Below are positions 62,989 through 64,000 of a stretch of 64,000 bases of DNA, one piece after another. The stretch's first letter is position 1; every line of letters begins with the position of its first letter. A model generated the notes under the pieces. The model did no database searches. It saw only the letters and a program-made list of their open reading frames with translations, and had not been told where the DNA came from. Where the stretch lies: NCBI GenBank assembly GCA_963699435.1, contig CAVOTV010000004.1, positions 25,474 through 89,473 of the forward strand. The letters are read 5' to 3'. Position numbers and translations under genes: made by a program. This stretch comes from Vulcanimicrobiota bacterium. Lineage in GTDB: Bacteria; Vulcanimicrobiota; Vulcanimicrobiia; Vulcanimicrobiales; Vulcanimicrobiaceae.

Positions 62989-64000
62989 TCCCACGCGTTC
63001 CACGACTCGACGACCGGATTTGGATCGAAGCCCCGGAAGTCGACGCTGATCGGCTCCATCTGCCGCAGCCAATAGATGAAGATGGACGGATTGTCGCGCG
63101 CCAGGAGCTCCTGTATCCGGTAATACGCGGCGATGCGCGCGCGTGCGGTCGTAGTGCGTTAAGGCGATCTTCTGTGCGGCTTGCATGTCCGGATTGCAGT
63201 ATCGCGAATAGTTGTAGCCGCCGGGCGGAAAGTTCTCGCACGTAAACTGCGTGCTGTCGTCGGGGTCGATTCCGGCATACCAGCCCGAGACGATTCAGAT
63301 CGAAGCGTCCGAGCTGAAAGATGCCGCCCATTCCGGCGGGGGCGTAGAGGACGTCGGCCGGATAGGACTTGATTTCCGTGTCGATACCGGCTTGCCGGAG
63401 CATCGCTTGCACTTCCAACGCTTCGCGCCGGCGCGTCGTGCTCGAGTTATTGGTGACGAGCACGAGGCTCAGCGCCTGACCGTTCTTACGCATGATGCCG
63501 TCGGGGCCGGGCCGCCACCCCGCCTCGCGCAGCAGCGTTCGTGCCTGCGCGGGATCGTGCGCGTAGGAATGTACGCGGGGATTGAACGCCCACATCCAAT
63601 CGGGAATGTCCTCGGTCGCGACCGTCTGCGTCCCGAAGGCCAGCGTGTGCACCAGTTCGTTCTTGTCGATCGCGTAAGCCAGCGCCAGGCGGACGCGCGG
63701 GTCGGCCAAGAACGGCCGCGCGAGGTTGAACTGAATGTAGGAGTAGCCGTTGACGTTTACCCAAACGATTCGGGCGTCGGGAAGCGTCCGCAGCGCCGGA
63801 TAACGTCTCGACCGACGCTTGGAACATGTAGTCGATGGCATGCGTGCGCAGCAAATTAATTGCCGTATCTTCGTCGGGAACGGTCCGCACGTCGATGCGA
63901 TCGATATGCGGCCGCCCGAGTAGAAACCGGTCGTTGCGCGCTAGGACGATGTGATCGCCGTGCGTCCACGAAACGAACTTGAAGGGCCCGTCGCTTACCG
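62976..64000 (-). pseudogene. Second family-5 ABC substrate-binding protein, N-terminus beyond the window, about 4 frame changes
   Basis: GPFKFVSWTHGDHIVLARNDRF, VRTVPDEDTAINLLRTHAIDYM, YIQFNLARPFLADPRVRLALAYAIDK, DPAQARTLLREAGW, YCNPDMQAAQ and the tail NPVVESWNAWEWTI ending at TAG 62976..62978, which overlaps the pyrE start by 13 nt. Confidence 0.7.

Noticed and set aside
1-64000. Programmed ribosomal frameshifting or stop-codon reassignment as an explanation for the interrupted genes.
   Set aside because: There are far too many sites, they lack a shared slippery motif, and they occur in genes never known to be recoded. TAG and TGA both terminate intact genes here (for example TAG at 5430, 35686 and 36423; TGA at 21290 and 53756).
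1-64000. CRISPR arrays, insertion sequences, prophage or defence-system genes.
   Set aside because: I noticed no short direct-repeat arrays, and no transposase, integrase, recombinase, restriction-modification, toxin-antitoxin or phage structural motifs in any frame. Intergenic spacers are nearly all under 100 nt.

Overview
This is a GC-rich (about two-thirds G+C by eye), gene-dense bacterial chromosomal segment. I saw no rRNA, CRISPR array, transposase, integrase or phage genes. I can place 61 protein-coding loci and one tRNA-Leu(GAG).

Content is mostly housekeeping and central metabolism:
- dnaG-rpoD, a block of secreted hypothetical proteins, dtd, proline dehydrogenase, MntP.
- A P-loop NTPase next to a MutS-domain-V protein, a BKACE enzyme, DppBC-type permeases, an RND pump, an SDR, M1 aminopeptidase, PBP4, TldD/PmbA, malic enzyme and a MocR regulator.
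- A type III PKS + ICMT-family methyltransferase cassette, a YncE-propeller/phosphoesterase, an ABC-2 exporter and TrxB.
- An ~11 kb minus-strand string: 2-oxoacid dehydrogenase E1alpha-E1alpha-E1beta-E2, queD-queE, mqnB-mqnD, NamZ-like, glcD-glcE.
- M20 amidohydrolase, threonine aldolase, ETF-QO, thiO-thiS-thiG, two family-5 solute-binding proteins, Bcp and PyrE.

Main caveat: by my manual tally 37 of the 61 loci can only be read by hopping between reading frames. These include the essential rpoD, dnaG and trxB. The damage occurs in blocks that alternate with perfectly intact blocks, so I interpret it as sequence or consensus error rather than biology. Coordinates of interrupted genes are therefore approximate and they are typed as pseudogene only in the literal sense.

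I do not see a convincing wholly novel system. The items most worth a second look are the type III PKS/methyltransferase cassette, the tandem E1alpha duplication, the P-loop/MutS-like pair, a DDAH-fold protein lacking its catalytic residues, paralogous beta-propeller lipoproteins, and an RND pump with an extra hydrophobic insert and no partner genes.
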